In this document: piece by piece, positions 1 through 15,013 of the stretch
Numbering within the stretch: the first letter of the stretch is position 1
Layout of the letters: every line of letters begins with the position of its first letter
Assembly: GCA_964016885.1 (NCBI GenBank)
Contig: OZ024760.1
Span: 23,994,001 to 24,058,000 of the forward strand
Reading direction: 5' to 3'
DNA from: Eledone cirrhosa
Lineage: Eukaryota
DNA length: 64,000 bases
Translations under genes and position numbers: made by a program
Notes under the pieces: model-generated
Seen by the model: only the letters and a program-made list of their open reading frames with translations
Told to the model about the DNA's origin: nothing
Databases searched by the model: none

Positions 1-285
1 ATGTTCTTTTGATCAATTACATTTTATTATACATATTTCGGATGTACAACAGTGCGTCCTCATCAGACAAAATATAATGATACATGACATACCCTGGGAT
101 GTTAAATGGTACTGTTGTACATCGGAAATATGTATAATAAAATGTAATTGATCAAAAGAAGATCTATATTATTAATACTTATATTAATAACTCGTGAAAA
201 TTATTTCAGTGGAGTGCTTCCAATCTACTGTAAAACTCATTCTTTGACATAATCTTCGAATATTGTTTAACAACTTAATACTAAA
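1..285. mobile_element. Short non-coding Penelope-pLTR/retrozyme-like element with internal inverted repeat
   Basis: Positions 4-53 are an inverted repeat of 111-160. Carries a hammerhead, shares the GAGTGC..AATCTA.TGTAAAA tail with the 10.2-kb and 15.2-kb copies, and ends in (TA)n. Confidence 0.65.
16..78 (-). ncRNA. Minimal type-I hammerhead ribozyme motif
   Basis: Minus strand reads ATTATATTTTGT-CTGATGA-GGA..TCC-GAAA-TATGTA-TA-ATAAAATGTAAT: 12-bp stem I (with G-U), intact core, GGA/TCC stem II, near-palindromic stem III, AUA cleavage triplet. Confidence 0.85.
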
Positions 286-309
286 TATATATATATATAT
301 ATATATATA

Positions 310-395
310 GGAACGAGTAGGACCCCGACGGCTGAGCTCAAGCCGTTTCGACGGCTAATTCTGGTCCACCGTGGATCCTTACCACATTTCCTTCG

Positions 396-398
<3 letters not shown>
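310..398. mobile_element. Dispersed (TA)n-embedded repeat family A (GAGCTCAAGCCGTTTCGACGGCTAATTC), short copy
   Basis: The same sequence recurs at ~15742-15802, 26155-26511, 30126-30319, 37652-37843 and 54780-54942, flanked by (TA)n. Confidence 0.7.
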
Positions 399-2351
<1,953 letters not shown>

Positions 2352-2352
<1 letters not shown>

Positions 2353-2497
2353 GTGAGAAAAACCACAGACCCTCCATCTCAACTCACCTTTTGAAAAGCA
2401 GAAGAACTGCGAAACCGGTAAAGGAACCAAATAAATATATATATTTTTTTTTAAAATAAGACTTCAGTTGCATTTTCGATTTCATCTCTTTTTCTTT
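2352..2497 (+). mobile_element. Short element with hammerhead-like fold (non-canonical core); direct copy at 3667-3810
   Basis: CCTT-TTGAAAA-GCAG-aagaa-CTGC-GAAA-CCGG-TA-AAGG at 2387-2424 and 3701-3738; near-identical ~145-bp copies. Confidence 0.6.
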
Positions 2498-2509
2498 ATA
2501 TATATAAAT

Positions 2510-2540
<31 letters not shown>

Positions 2541-2547
2541 AATAATT

Positions 2548-2579
<32 letters not shown>

Positions 2580-2701
2580 AATATGTATATATATATATAA
2601 ATATGTATATATATATAAATATGTATATATATAAATATATTTATATATATTATATATATATATATATATATAAATATGTATATATATATATAAATATGTA
2701 T

Positions 2702-2732
<31 letters not shown>

Positions 2733-2913
2733 AATAAGGTAGTAATACATTACTGCCTACCACTATTTAGGGTGTGTGTAAAATACTTACAACTGCTTAA
2801 GGTTTTGTGTTTACATAACCATAAATAGTATAACTAATACTATATATATATATATATAAATATGTATATATATATATATAAATATGTATATATATATATA
2901 TAAATATGTATAT

Positions 2914-2968
<55 letters not shown>

Positions 2969-3035
2969 AATATGTATATATATATATAAATATGTATATA
3001 TATATATAAATATATATATATATATTTATAAATAT

Positions 3036-3108
<73 letters not shown>

Positions 3109-3261
3109 AATATGTATATATATATATAATTATATATATCTAAATATATATATATATATAATTATATATATATATCTAAATATATATATATATATATAAT
3201 TATATATATATATATATATCTAAATATATATATATATATATATAATTATATTTATATATAT

Positions 3262-3346
<85 letters not shown>

Positions 3347-3381
3347 TATATATATAAATAAATATATATATGTACATATAA

Positions 3382-3412
<31 letters not shown>

Positions 3413-3498
3413 TATATATATGTACATATAAATAAATATATATATATAAATATATATATATATAAATATATATATATATAAATATATATATATAAATA

Positions 3499-3660
3499 TT
3501 TCGTGTCTGAATTTGTTTAGCAAGATTCTTTATCTGAAATCGTGTGTTGAAACCGATATTGTTATACTTTGGGAGGGTCATGTTGCCAATAAGAAACACA
3601 CGCACCAGTTGCTTTCACTTCAATTTATTATATATTTATAAATTTACAAATCTACAAATT
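3499..3660. mobile_element. Dispersed repeat family B (TTGTTATACTT.GGGAGGGTCAT...)
   Basis: Related copies at ~3970-4055, 10860-11155, 16135-16230, 22790-22922, 38255-38410, 38575-38835, 46645-46935 and 50260-50435. Several are inverted pairs, generally next to (TA)n. Confidence 0.7.
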
Positions 3661-3806
3661 CTCACATGTGAGAAAAACACAGACCCTCCATCTCAACTCA
3701 CCTTTTGAAAAGCAGAAGAACTGCGAAACCGGTAAAGGAACCAAATAAATATATATATTTTTAAAAAAATAAGACTCCAGTTGCATTTTCGATTTCATCT
3801 CTTTTT

Positions 3807-3970
<164 letters not shown>

Positions 3971-4105
3971 CGAAAACCAACCAAACAGTGAGTGTGTTCT
4001 GTTATTAATTCCGGCAATATTACACAAATATGACCCTCCCCAAGTATAACAATATATATATATATATATATATATAAAGATACACACACACACACACACA
4101 CACAT

Positions 4106-4150
<45 letters not shown>

Positions 4151-4164
4151 CATATATATTAAAG

Positions 4165-4265
<101 letters not shown>

Positions 4266-4690
4266 TACTTACAGAAGTTCAAAGAAACGCAGGCAGACAA
4301 ACAGACAGATATACAAACATACTGACAGACAGACAGACAGACAGACAGACATACAGGCAGACAGACAGGCAGGCACGCAGACAGACAGACAGGCGGAGAG
4401 AGACACAGACAATGAACAGGATTTCCTAGTTGAATTCTCTGTGGAAAACTCCCAGTGAGATAACAGGAAACGAAAGAAAAAGCTGCGTGCAAGTAAACTA
4501 ATTAAAGATGGCGGTGATGTAGGAAACAATGGCGACCACAGGTGGTGTTTAGTTAGAGTAGGATGTGGGTAATGGTAGGAGGAAAGGTGACTGGGTTTGA
4601 AGGAAGGTGTGTTTTTGGTGAGAGGAGGGGTGCGTAGGAGCTGTGAGGTGAAGTAAAAAAGAAAATGATTGATGAGTGTATATTTGAATG

Positions 4691-4755
<65 letters not shown>

Positions 4756-4805
4756 ATAAATATATGTATATATATATATATATGTATGTATGTATGTTTA
4801 CACAT

Positions 4806-4891
<86 letters not shown>

Positions 4892-5926
4892 ATACATATG
4901 CATATATCTCAGCACATATACATACATATATATATGGTGGCTGCCAACTCGTTTTCGAGTACGGCCACTACTTTATATCCATGTAGGAGAACCCCTACCG
5001 ATGCGTTGAACGAGTGTGAGTTTTTAGTCCAGCCAGCGACTTGAAAACTCTGGTACAAACACTACACTTGTGACAATTATTGACACTTAGTGCTGGGCCC
5101 ACGCTACCATGTGACGACAAGTGCAGAGAGATCTCCAGATATAAAGCAATGCCTGTGCCGTGAAGCTTTTATAGTGAGCAAAGGCACTGCACAAAGCCAG
5201 TGCCACTCTCATAACCAAGATGATATTTACCAAAAAGAACAAGTCAACATCATTGGATACCATCAGGGTTGCAGGTGTTATATCAGAGTTTTCCTTCTCC
5301 TAGAATTCTGCCTTGACAAAGGCTAAGGGGTCATCTCTCCCGGTGATTTTGGATGGCCATTGTTGACTCTTAAGAGGTCTTTTGCCCTTTGACAGGTTTT
5401 GTTTTTTAGTCCTGCAGGTTGTCCAAAGTCACCCTCCTCACCAAGAAACCTTGGGAGTATGTATGTATGTTATATATATATATGTATGTATATACTTTCT
5501 ATTTCCAATTATTTATTTGCAAAGCGGTACATTTCCCCACCCCTTCTCCCAGACTTGGTATCCCTAAAAGGTGAAAGGGTTCATGGGTTCACACATATCT
5601 TCCCGGACTAAAACAGTAAATATATGTACAATAAGTCTCCGACTTACGAAAGAGTTCGTTAGTTGATTTGTTCGTAAGTCGATCATCTAACACAGTACAT
5701 ACCAGTAGGAACATATATGTTATATTGATACTATAGGTATATACAGTATATATATATATAGTATATAGAAGTATGTATAACATCTAATATAGAGGGATAT
5801 ATATATATGCAGTATATAGAAGTATATATAACATGTAATCTAGTGATATATATATAGTGTATAGAGGTAGATATATATACAGTATATAGAGGTATATATA
5901 ACAGCTATATATATACAGTATGTAGA

Positions 5927-6000
<74 letters not shown>

Positions 6001-6051
6001 TAAACAAATAATGAATAAACAATTCCTTATATTAAACAAAAAAAAGTTCAT

Positions 6052-6195
6052 TATTTAACGATCGTTTCTAGGATATATATGTGTTAGAGTTGGCATGCAT
6101 ATTCAACAGATCTATGTACAAAATTATACAAAATTATACAAACTATCAAGATTAAATATACATACCAACACATATATACGCCGTCTTCAGAAATA
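6052..6195 (-). ncRNA. Type-I hammerhead motif with long stem II
   Basis: Minus: TATTT-CTGAAGA-[TATATATGTGTTGGTATG...CATGCCAAC..AACACATATATA]-GAAA-CGATCG-TT-AAATA. Palindromic stem III ACGATCGT; the 3' half recurs at 17115-17145. Confidence 0.6.
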
Positions 6196-6441
6196 AATAT
6201 ATATATATATATATAAAAGACGTAAAATAAGAAAATTTTAAAAAATTAAAAAAATTAACTTACTTACTAAAATTTTAGTAAGTAAGTGAATTTTTTTAAT
6301 TTTTTTAAATTTTCTTATTTTACGTCTTTTATATTATTGTTCTGCATCCTCCTGCATTGAACCACCTAGGTACTATGACATAACCTGTGTATTTGCTAGC
6401 ATTAGCGTACATCTGTACGCATAAGTTAGTAGATATACTAA

Positions 6442-6491
<50 letters not shown>

Positions 6492-6799
6492 TAATAATGA
6501 ATTTAAATACTTGTATATCTAATGACAATAAATTGTGAAAGAGGAAATGTACTTATTTAATTATGCGAAAAATAGAATGGAATCCCATACCGTAGGATCG
6601 ATTTCAGCTTGATTTTGTGCTGCAAAAGAACCCTTATTTACGCTACAAAAGAAAGAGCCCACAAAAACGCGAATTTCAAAAGCAGACAATTATTTTTCTC
6701 CGTCAAACTGTTCGAATCATTCTCCGTCAAACTGTTCGAATCATTCGTAGATAGAATGAACGTAAGGTGGGGGGGGGCGGTCTTACAGATGTGTGTTAG

Positions 6800-6831
6800 A
6801 GAAGAAGAAGAAGAAGAAGAAGAAGAAGAAG

Positions 6832-6861
<30 letters not shown>
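6800..6861. repeat. (GAA)n microsatellite
   Basis: Seen directly. Confidence 0.95.
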
Positions 6862-6862
<1 letters not shown>

Positions 6863-7034
6863 TTATTTGTCTCTCTGTCTGTCTGTCTTTTCCTTATGCA
6901 TTACGAAACGGTTCGACCAAATCAAATCAAATTTTACAAGGTAGAACCCCATTAGTGACAACATATAATTTTTATTTTCATTTGGATTAAAACAATATAA
7001 CATTTTATCTAAAATAATCTACTCTACAGAATTA

Positions 7035-7150
<116 letters not shown>

Positions 7151-7579
7151 CGCGTGTGTGTGCGTGCGTTCGTTACGTACGTTACGCCTTAGTAAGTTGC
7201 ATACACATACATCTTCACGTAAATACTTCATCAAATACACAGAGAATTTAACTCACGAATCGGACGCTGGTTTACACACATACACACATACACATGCGCG
7301 AACACGCATGCACACACACACACACACACACGCACGCGCACACACGTATGCACACATTTGTATACAATTATCTATATCTATATCGGTTACGTAAGGAAGA
7401 AACATTGTAAGCCAATAAAAATCTTTTGATGTTGTAGACGCTCTTGTGTTCTTTATCATATATCTATATCTATATAAAATATTGGAACTTCAGTCATCGT
7501 TTTGAGAAACATGGGCCTACTATGTCTATCCAATGACACACACTTTACAGCCAGGAGGATGATGAAACTTCTCCTATAG

Positions 7580-7880
7580 GTCACTATTCTTAGACGCAAT
7601 CATCAAGGATAAAATGCATTTACTCCCAAGATTCCTCTCATCCCTTCATCTACCGAGTTGTTGTTTAAATTCTCAAGACTTCAGTTCCCTGTTAGAGCCA
7701 GTACATAAAGCTCAGGCTCGGAGTTTCAAAGTTGTAGAATTGAATACAAGAGAATGATTTTTTACTCATGGACAGTTATATGTAGGTTGTTCACGAGTGG
7801 AAACACCTAGAAATCTTCATATACTATACACTAACGGTAAAGCGCAGAATCTGGTGAATCGGCAAGATTTTTCCCTATGA
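7580..7880 (+). pseudogene. Degenerate C-terminus of Helitron RepHel PIF1-like helicase
   Basis: Manual translation gives PKIPLIPSSTELLFKFSRLQFPVR / HKAQARSFKVV..FFTHGQLYVGCSRV..NLHIL..GKAQNLV, matching PIF1-type helicase C-terminal motifs; contains stops and a frameshift. Confidence 0.85.
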
Positions 7881-7929
7881 TACAGACTCACTTGACCAAA
7901 AGTTTTAATCGTGGCATCGAATAAGTAAT

Positions 7930-8262
7930 GTATGTATGGTGAGCAGATGGGGTCCCACGTGCTGGCCTCCCCACAGCCCCGGCGGGCAGAATGGAGAAGG
8001 CGTTTCCTCGGAGGACGGTATGGGAGATGCGTTGAAAAAGCCATTCCAACTCGCAAGGCTCACACCTGCGGCTGGTCAGCTCAGCGCCTATGGTGGTGAA
8101 TAGGGAGGTAGCCCTAGGGCCGAGGACACCAGAAGTCTCCACTGCCAAAGGTACGACCGCAAACCTTTTGGAGAGCGACCGGTATTTGAAGAGTTTAGCC
8201 TCCTCAGCTCGACGTGCAGCTGGGTTAGTCGCAGACTGAACCGGGTTGCGGCTGGAGATACT
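7930..8262 (-). mobile_element. CRE-clade (RLE-type) non-LTR retrotransposon C-terminal fragment inside the Helitron
   Basis: AARRAEEAKLFKYRSL..VPLAVETSGVLGP..WLFQRISHTVLRGNAFSIL matches the post-RLE C-terminus of CRE-like LINEs. Confidence 0.75.
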
Positions 8263-8721
8263 GTTTATTTGTTTGTAATACACTCCACGGTCTCAACTTA
8301 TAACTGAAAACCAGACAAACATCCAATCAGTCATATTCTCTTCTACCTCTCTTCTCTTATCATCCGTTTACCCGGGCGAAGCTGGGTACGTCAGCTAGTA
8401 TATTTATGTGTTTCAAAGGGAAATAACTCTAAATCAAAAGTTACTTCCCCTGTAAACTAGTGAAAATCAAGGGAAATAATTTTGTAAATTTAAGAAAATT
8501 TAGGTTTTCGTATATTTTTGAATTTAGTATATACATCGAAGGAAAACAGTTGATTGTATTTACCTCAGTAGATTACTGGTACTTTTGTGTGTAGGTCGGA
8601 TAGATGATTTTGCTGTAAATATGTATAGATTTGGTTAAGGTTTAAATTTCCGCTAGTGAAGTACATATATATACACGTGTGTGTGTGTGTGTGTGTCTGT
8701 GTGTGTGTGTGTATAAGTGAA

Positions 8722-8840
8722 GGCGTGTGGCTGAGTAGTTAGAGAATTAGATTTGCAATCGTGAGGTTGTCAGTTCGATTCCTGGACCAGGTGATGCGTT
8801 ATGTCCTAGAACAAGACACTTTATTTCACGTTGTTCCTTC
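8722..8840 (+). mobile_element. tRNA-derived SINE head with CORE-like domain
   Basis: TGGCTGAGTAG A-box-like, GTTCGATTCC B-box, then TGTCC.AGAACAAGACACTTTATTTCAC; a fuller relative lies at 62078-62420. Confidence 0.65.
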
Positions 8841-9443
8841 TAACTGTAGTTGCGACCGATAGATAGTATTAGCAATTGGAAAGACCAATGGAAACATAGT
8901 TTCCTCGGTCCCATTTGACGAAAGTCGATCGTTCCTTTATTTATATATATATATATATACACACATATACATATATATATATACACACACATACACATTT
9001 TGCCTCCATCATGGATAAACTAAGCGCTCTTGCCATAATAACACTTTTTGAACTGCTTATCCTCAAAAACTATGCCTGTAAATAATATTATTCTTTCTTT
9101 CCCATTACCTTATCATGTTCCACATCACCCCCTTTTTTTTTACTTCAAAAACCTTGTTTGTAAATAATATTATTCTTTCTTTCCCATTTCCTTAACATGC
9201 TCAATAATCACATTATCTTCTCTCCAACATTTTATACCAATACAAATTCCCCCCTTTGATAATGCATAAAATGCTGAAACCGGTAATAGACAATTAATAA
9301 ATAAATAAATAAATAAATAAATGCCATTGTTAATTAATCAATAAATTAATACCTTAACCCTTCACACAAAGTAAAATATGTTGTTTTAAACATATATGAT
9401 GAGTTCTCCCGAATGAAACAGTTCTAGTCCTGTAGAAGCCTTT

Positions 9444-9513
<70 letters not shown>

Positions 9514-9527
9514 ATGTGTGTGTATGT

Positions 9528-9645
<118 letters not shown>

Positions 9646-9808
9646 GGTAAACAGAAATAACAACACAATCGGTACAGTATATGGAAGGAATATATCAGTT
9701 TAAACGCTTGAAATAGCAGGAAGAGGGTCATAACGTTTCGGATGTTATTCCTTCATCACAAGAAATAATGAGAAATTAGATAAGATAGATTGTAAGGACG
9801 GGCGAGGT

Positions 9809-9898
<90 letters not shown>

Positions 9899-9939
9899 CA
9901 AAATATTAATAAATGAAAAATATTCTCATAATCGAAATA

Positions 9940-10006
9940 TATATTTTATTATACATATTTCAAAGGTACAATGGTGTTCAAGTACGTTTTCATCAGACGA
10001 AATATA
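9940..10006 (-). ncRNA. Type-I hammerhead motif (left arm)
   Basis: Reverse complement of 10114-10180. Confidence 0.85.
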
Positions 10007-10113
10007 AGATTTGATATGTGACATACCGCTACGGTTTTTATTATTCAATTCCAATACTGCCAATACTGGAATTGAATAATAAAAACCGTAGCGGTATGTC
10101 ACATATCAAATCT

Positions 10114-10180
10114 TATATTTCGTCTGATGAAAACGTACTTGAACACCATTGTACCTTTGAAATATGTATAATAAAATATA
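10114..10180 (+). ncRNA. Type-I hammerhead motif (right arm)
   Basis: TATATTTCGT-CTGATGA-AAA-cGTAC..GTACc-TTT-GAAA-TATGTA-TA-ATAAAATATA. Confidence 0.85.
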
Positions 10181-10322
10181 TATTTTGATTATGAGAATAT
10201 TTTTCATTTATTAATATTTTGAATAATATTAAATACTCCAGGAAAATCTCTCTGTCGAGTGCATCTAATCTATTGTGAAATTGTATTCGTTGAATAATCA
10301 ACGCACCATATTTTTCTTTGGT

Positions 10323-10405
<83 letters not shown>

Positions 10406-10414
10406 CAAATATAT

Positions 10415-10445
<31 letters not shown>

Positions 10446-10765
10446 TGTCCGTTGCCTTGTTTAGGTCAGTGTTCCAGTTTATGTTTGTGTCAATGTCCGT
10501 AAAAACAAGATCAATAAACTATGTACCATACATGAAAGAAATAAGTACTGGGGGATGATGTGATCGATATATAATCGATAAATCAAGGCTGTGTTTCACC
10601 TTGGCGGCTAACTAATAAGTGAAAACAATTTTAAAAAGTATACATGTATCTATGTGTGTTGAGTATATATATATATGTGTGTGTACATATATATATATAT
10701 GTGTGTGTGTGTAAGTTTTGTTCTAACGACTTGCGACTCCTACATTTATTCATTTTGCTTATATG

Positions 10766-10860
<95 letters not shown>

Positions 10861-11147
10861 AATATGAATTTGTTTTGCAAGGTCTTTGATATGAAATCGT
10901 GTGTCAAAACAAATATTGTTATACATGGGGAGGGTCATATTGTTGTAATAATATTGTCAGAGATAATAACAGAACACACTCACTGTTTGGTTGGTTTTCA
11001 TTGGTCAGTCAGAGATAAACATTGATGGCCAAATGAATTAACTATGGAGATATAAAAGATACAGAAGCGAAAACCAACCAAACACTGAGTGTGTTCTGTT
11101 ATTATCTCTGGCAATATTATTACAACAATATGACCCTCCCCAAGTAT

Positions 11148-11182
<35 letters not shown>

Positions 11183-11327
11183 GGTTTGAGGTTCACCACT
11201 GTATAGAGCTGGTCTATTCCGTATGGTCAATCGTAATGCAATAATATGGAGAGTACTCAACGTAAGACAGTTCAGCCGTCTTTATTTTTGTAGTTGGTGG
11301 TGCTATTACGGAGTTAAATATTATAAT

Positions 11328-11510
11328 TGTTTCTACTTTAGGCACAAGGCCAGCAATTCACCTGTGTATTACTGGTACTTTATTTTATCGACCCCGTACG
11401 GATGAAAGGCAAAGTCACCCTCGGCGGGATTTGAACTCAGATCGTAAAGGGACGTAACTATGCTGGAAAACATGGCGTCCGAACCTCTACCGATACTGCC
11501 AAACCACCGT
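11328..11510 (-). mobile_element. tRNA-derived SINE (~185 bp) with TSD
   Basis: A-box-like TTGGCAGTATCGG, B-box GAGTTCAAATCCC, central GCCTTTCATCC..GGGGTCGATAAAATAAAGTACCAG; TSD ATATTATAAT at 11318-11327 and 11511-11520. Confidence 0.9.
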
Positions 11511-11891
11511 ATATTATAATGAAATGACAGGAGGCTGGATTTGTGTAAATCCTTGAAAGGTTTATTATACTATGATCATTTCAATGACCGTAGTAGGTAT
11601 CTATGTAATTATCCACGTATCTATGGGCGTCGGGTGCTTAATGATGCATGTTATTTCCGGTTTATGAAACACACGCATATATATACACATATACATACAT
11701 ACACGCACACATACACACACACATATATATACACATATACATACATACACACACATATAGCCTGAAATATCGAGATGACATCTTTTACCCATTCCATCAA
11801 AATATCAGATTACAAATTTCATTTCATTTTCTCTCGTCCTTGTCATTGGACATACAAACACACACACATACACCCACACACACGACACACA

Positions 11892-11942
<51 letters not shown>

Positions 11943-12005
11943 ACGCATGTGTCTTCAATATTGACATAAAAACGTTTTGAGATCGATTGCGGTGTGTGAG
12001 TGCGC

Positions 12006-12085
<80 letters not shown>

Positions 12086-12200
12086 ATACTTTCATATTTA
12101 TACATATATATATATATATATATACATGTTTATAGTGCGTATGTATATCCATTTATGTAAATGTACACAGCCATGTTTGTGTGTGTGGCTGTGTCTGTGT

Positions 12201-12278
<78 letters not shown>

Positions 12279-12358
12279 GGTGTGGGGGGTTATGTTGGGG
12301 GGGGGTATGTGTGTGTGTGTGTGTGTGGGTGTGTATGTGTGTGTATGCGTGTGTGTGT

Positions 12359-12395
<37 letters not shown>

Positions 12396-12491
12396 ATGTG
12401 TATAAAAGGCAGGTGATGTCCCATGGGGTGAAGAATAATGTGATGAATTGATCTCAATTCAGTGAGACATTGTGCAAGAGGAAGTGTGAAA

Positions 12492-13240
12492 TCCACTGTG
12501 TCCTTCTTGTTGGTGTTAGCAGAAACACTAAACCACCAGACGGCTACGGGCTGCGACCATTCAGACTCCACTGTGTCCTTCTTGTTGGTGTTAGCAGAAA
12601 CACTAAACCACCAGACGGCTACGGGCTGCGACCATTCAGACTCCACTGTGTCCTTCTTGTTGGTGTTAGCAGAAACACTAAGCCACCAGACGGCTACGGG
12701 CTGCGACCATTCAGACTCCACTGTGTCCTTCTTGTTGGTGTTAGCAGAAACACTAAACCACCGGACGGCTACGGGCTGCGTCCTTTCAGACTCCACTGTG
12801 TCCTTCTTGCTGGTGTTACCAGAAACACTAAACCACCGGACGGCTACGGGCTGCGACCTTTCAGACTCCACTGTGTCCTTCTTGTTGGTGTTACCAGAAA
12901 TACTAAACCACCGGACGGCTACGGGCTGCGACCTTTCAGACTCCACTGTGTCCTTCTTGTTGGTGTTACCAGAAATACTAAACCACCGGACGGCTACGGG
13001 CTGCGACCTTTCAGACTCCACTGTGTCCTTCTTGTTGGTGCTACCAGAAACACTAAACCATCGGACGGCTACGGGCTGCGACCTTTCAGACTCCACTGTG
13101 TCCTTCTTGTTGGTGTTACCAGAAACACTAAACCACCGGACGGCTACGGGTTGCGACCTTTCAGACTCCACTGTGTCCTTCTTGCTGGTGTTACCAGAAA
13201 TACTAAACCACCGGACGGCTACGGGCTGCGACCTTTCAGA
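12492..13240. repeat. 75-bp minisatellite, ~10 copies
   Basis: Unit GACTCCACTGTGTCCTTCTTGTTGGTGTTA.CAGAAACACTAAACCACC.GACGGCTACGGGCTGCGACC.TTCA; 25-aa periodicity in the ORF track. Confidence 0.95.
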
Positions 13241-13279
13241 CACTACATGCGGAACAGACCCCGCAATAAGGGAAACGTC

Positions 13280-13604
13280 AACAACATTGCAACAACAATT
13301 ACAACAACTACAACAACAATATCATTATCTGTCACACTCATATTATCAACTGTTTTAACTACATAAACAACAACAACAACAACAACAGCAACAACAACAA
13401 CAGCAACTGCAGCGATAACAACAACTACAACAACAGCAACAGTAACAACAGCAACTGCAGCGATAAAAACAACTTCACTACCAGTTGCAACAACAATAGC
13501 AACTACAACAATAGCAACTGCAACGATAACAACAACTGCTATAATAACATCAACAGTAACAATAGCTACAACAGTAACAACTTTACAACAACTATAACAA
13601 TCGC

Positions 13605-13635
<31 letters not shown>

Positions 13636-13920
13636 CAAAGTGCAGCAATAATAAGGGATACAAAACAACAGTAATAAGAACAACAAAGATAATAGCTGCA
13701 ATAACAACAACAGCAACAACTGTAGCAACGATAATAACAGCAAAAACAATAACGAAAGCAACAGCAGCAGTAACACCATCAGCAACAATAAAGACAACAT
13801 CATCAACCGCAGCAACGAGAGAAGTTACTAGAACAACAGCAACAAAAATAGCAAAAACAACAACAAAAGCAACAACAATAGCAATAACAACAATAGAAGC
13901 AGCAGCAACAACAACAAATT
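13280..13920. repeat. Degenerate (AAC/AGC)n trinucleotide tract
   Basis: Seen directly. Confidence 0.85.
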
Positions 13921-13991
13921 ACCTCCAAACCTAAAACCAGGTGAGTCCATTTTCATAATCAATTTGATCTTGTGTGTGTTGCAGGCAATTA

Positions 13992-14640
13992 TAGGTATTC
14001 CCCGCCTTACGACGGGTTTCCGTTCCAAACAGCTGGACGTAAGTCGATACGGACGTAACTTGAAGACCTATACGTACGACCCGTATCAGTCACAAGTATT
14101 TTACAACGTAATAAATAGATTTACCAGTACACTCTGGCTTGAGTCGGATTTCCGTTCCAAACAACTAGACGTAAGTCGATACGGACGTAACTTGAAGACC
14201 TATACGTACGACCCATATCAGTCACAAGTATTTTACAACGTAATAAATATATTTACCAGTACACTCTGGCTTGGGTCGGATTTCCGTTCCAAACAACTGG
14301 ACGTAAGTCGATACGGACGTAACTTGAAGACCTATACATATGACCAACATCATTCATATTAACTGTACAACGACACTAGTATATTTGCAGGTATTTCCCG
14401 ACATACGTCCGGCTTTTGTTCCAACCAGCCTGTCGTAAGTCGATACGAACGTAAGTTGAAGACCTATACATATGACCAACATCATTCATATTAACTGTAC
14501 AACGACACTAGTATATTTGCAGGTATTTCCCGATATACGTCCGGCTTTTGTTCCAACCAGCCTGTCGTAAGTCGATACGAACGTAATTTGAACACCTATA
14601 CGTATAACCTGCTTTATTCCTATGTACTGTACAACGTAAA
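13992..14640. repeat. 132-bp tandem repeat (~5 units) resembling a pogo/Tigger-type transposon end
   Basis: TTCCGTTCCAAAC recurs at ~14018/14150/14282 and CAGGTATTTCCCGA at 14388/14520. The CAGGTA.TCCCCG.CTTACG..CGTAAGTCGA motif resembles Tigger-like termini; a related single end lies at ~5627-5690. Confidence 0.7.
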
Positions 14641-14835
14641 TAATAGAGTTTAGTTTATCTTTGTTACATAATTATATTGTGTATTTTTCAACATGTACTT
14701 ACCCGGAAATTCCTTTGCGTCTTTGTATTTATGTATGTATGTATATGTGTGTATATGTGTACGTGTGTTTGTATACATGTGTGTATAAATATATATATAT
14801 ATATATATACATACATATATATACATAATATATAT

Positions 14836-14958
<123 letters not shown>

Positions 14959-15013
14959 TGTCAATACTGGAATTGAACCATCAAGACCGTTGAGGTATGT
15001 CATACATCAATTC

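Larger units (their letters stand above)
7463..8398 (+). mobile_element. Non-autonomous Helitron
   Basis: 5' A|TCTATATCTATATAAAA start; 3' hairpin TACCCGGGCGAAGCTGGGTA (8369-8388) followed by CTAG|T (8395-8398); internal helicase remnant. Confidence 0.8.
9893..10322. mobile_element. Head-to-head palindromic hammerhead element
   Basis: 9893-10052 is a near-perfect inverted repeat of 10068-10228; flanked by (TA)n. Confidence 0.8.

Noticed and set aside
8722-8790. tRNA gene (also SINE heads at 23036, 53575 and 62078)
   Set aside because: A/B boxes are present but there is no closable cloverleaf, and each continues into a SINE body.
12492-13240. CRISPR-like array
   Set aside because: Units repeat in full with no unique spacers, there are no cas genes, and the context is eukaryotic. 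The same applies to the 13992-14640, 58652-58919 and 62521-63665 arrays.
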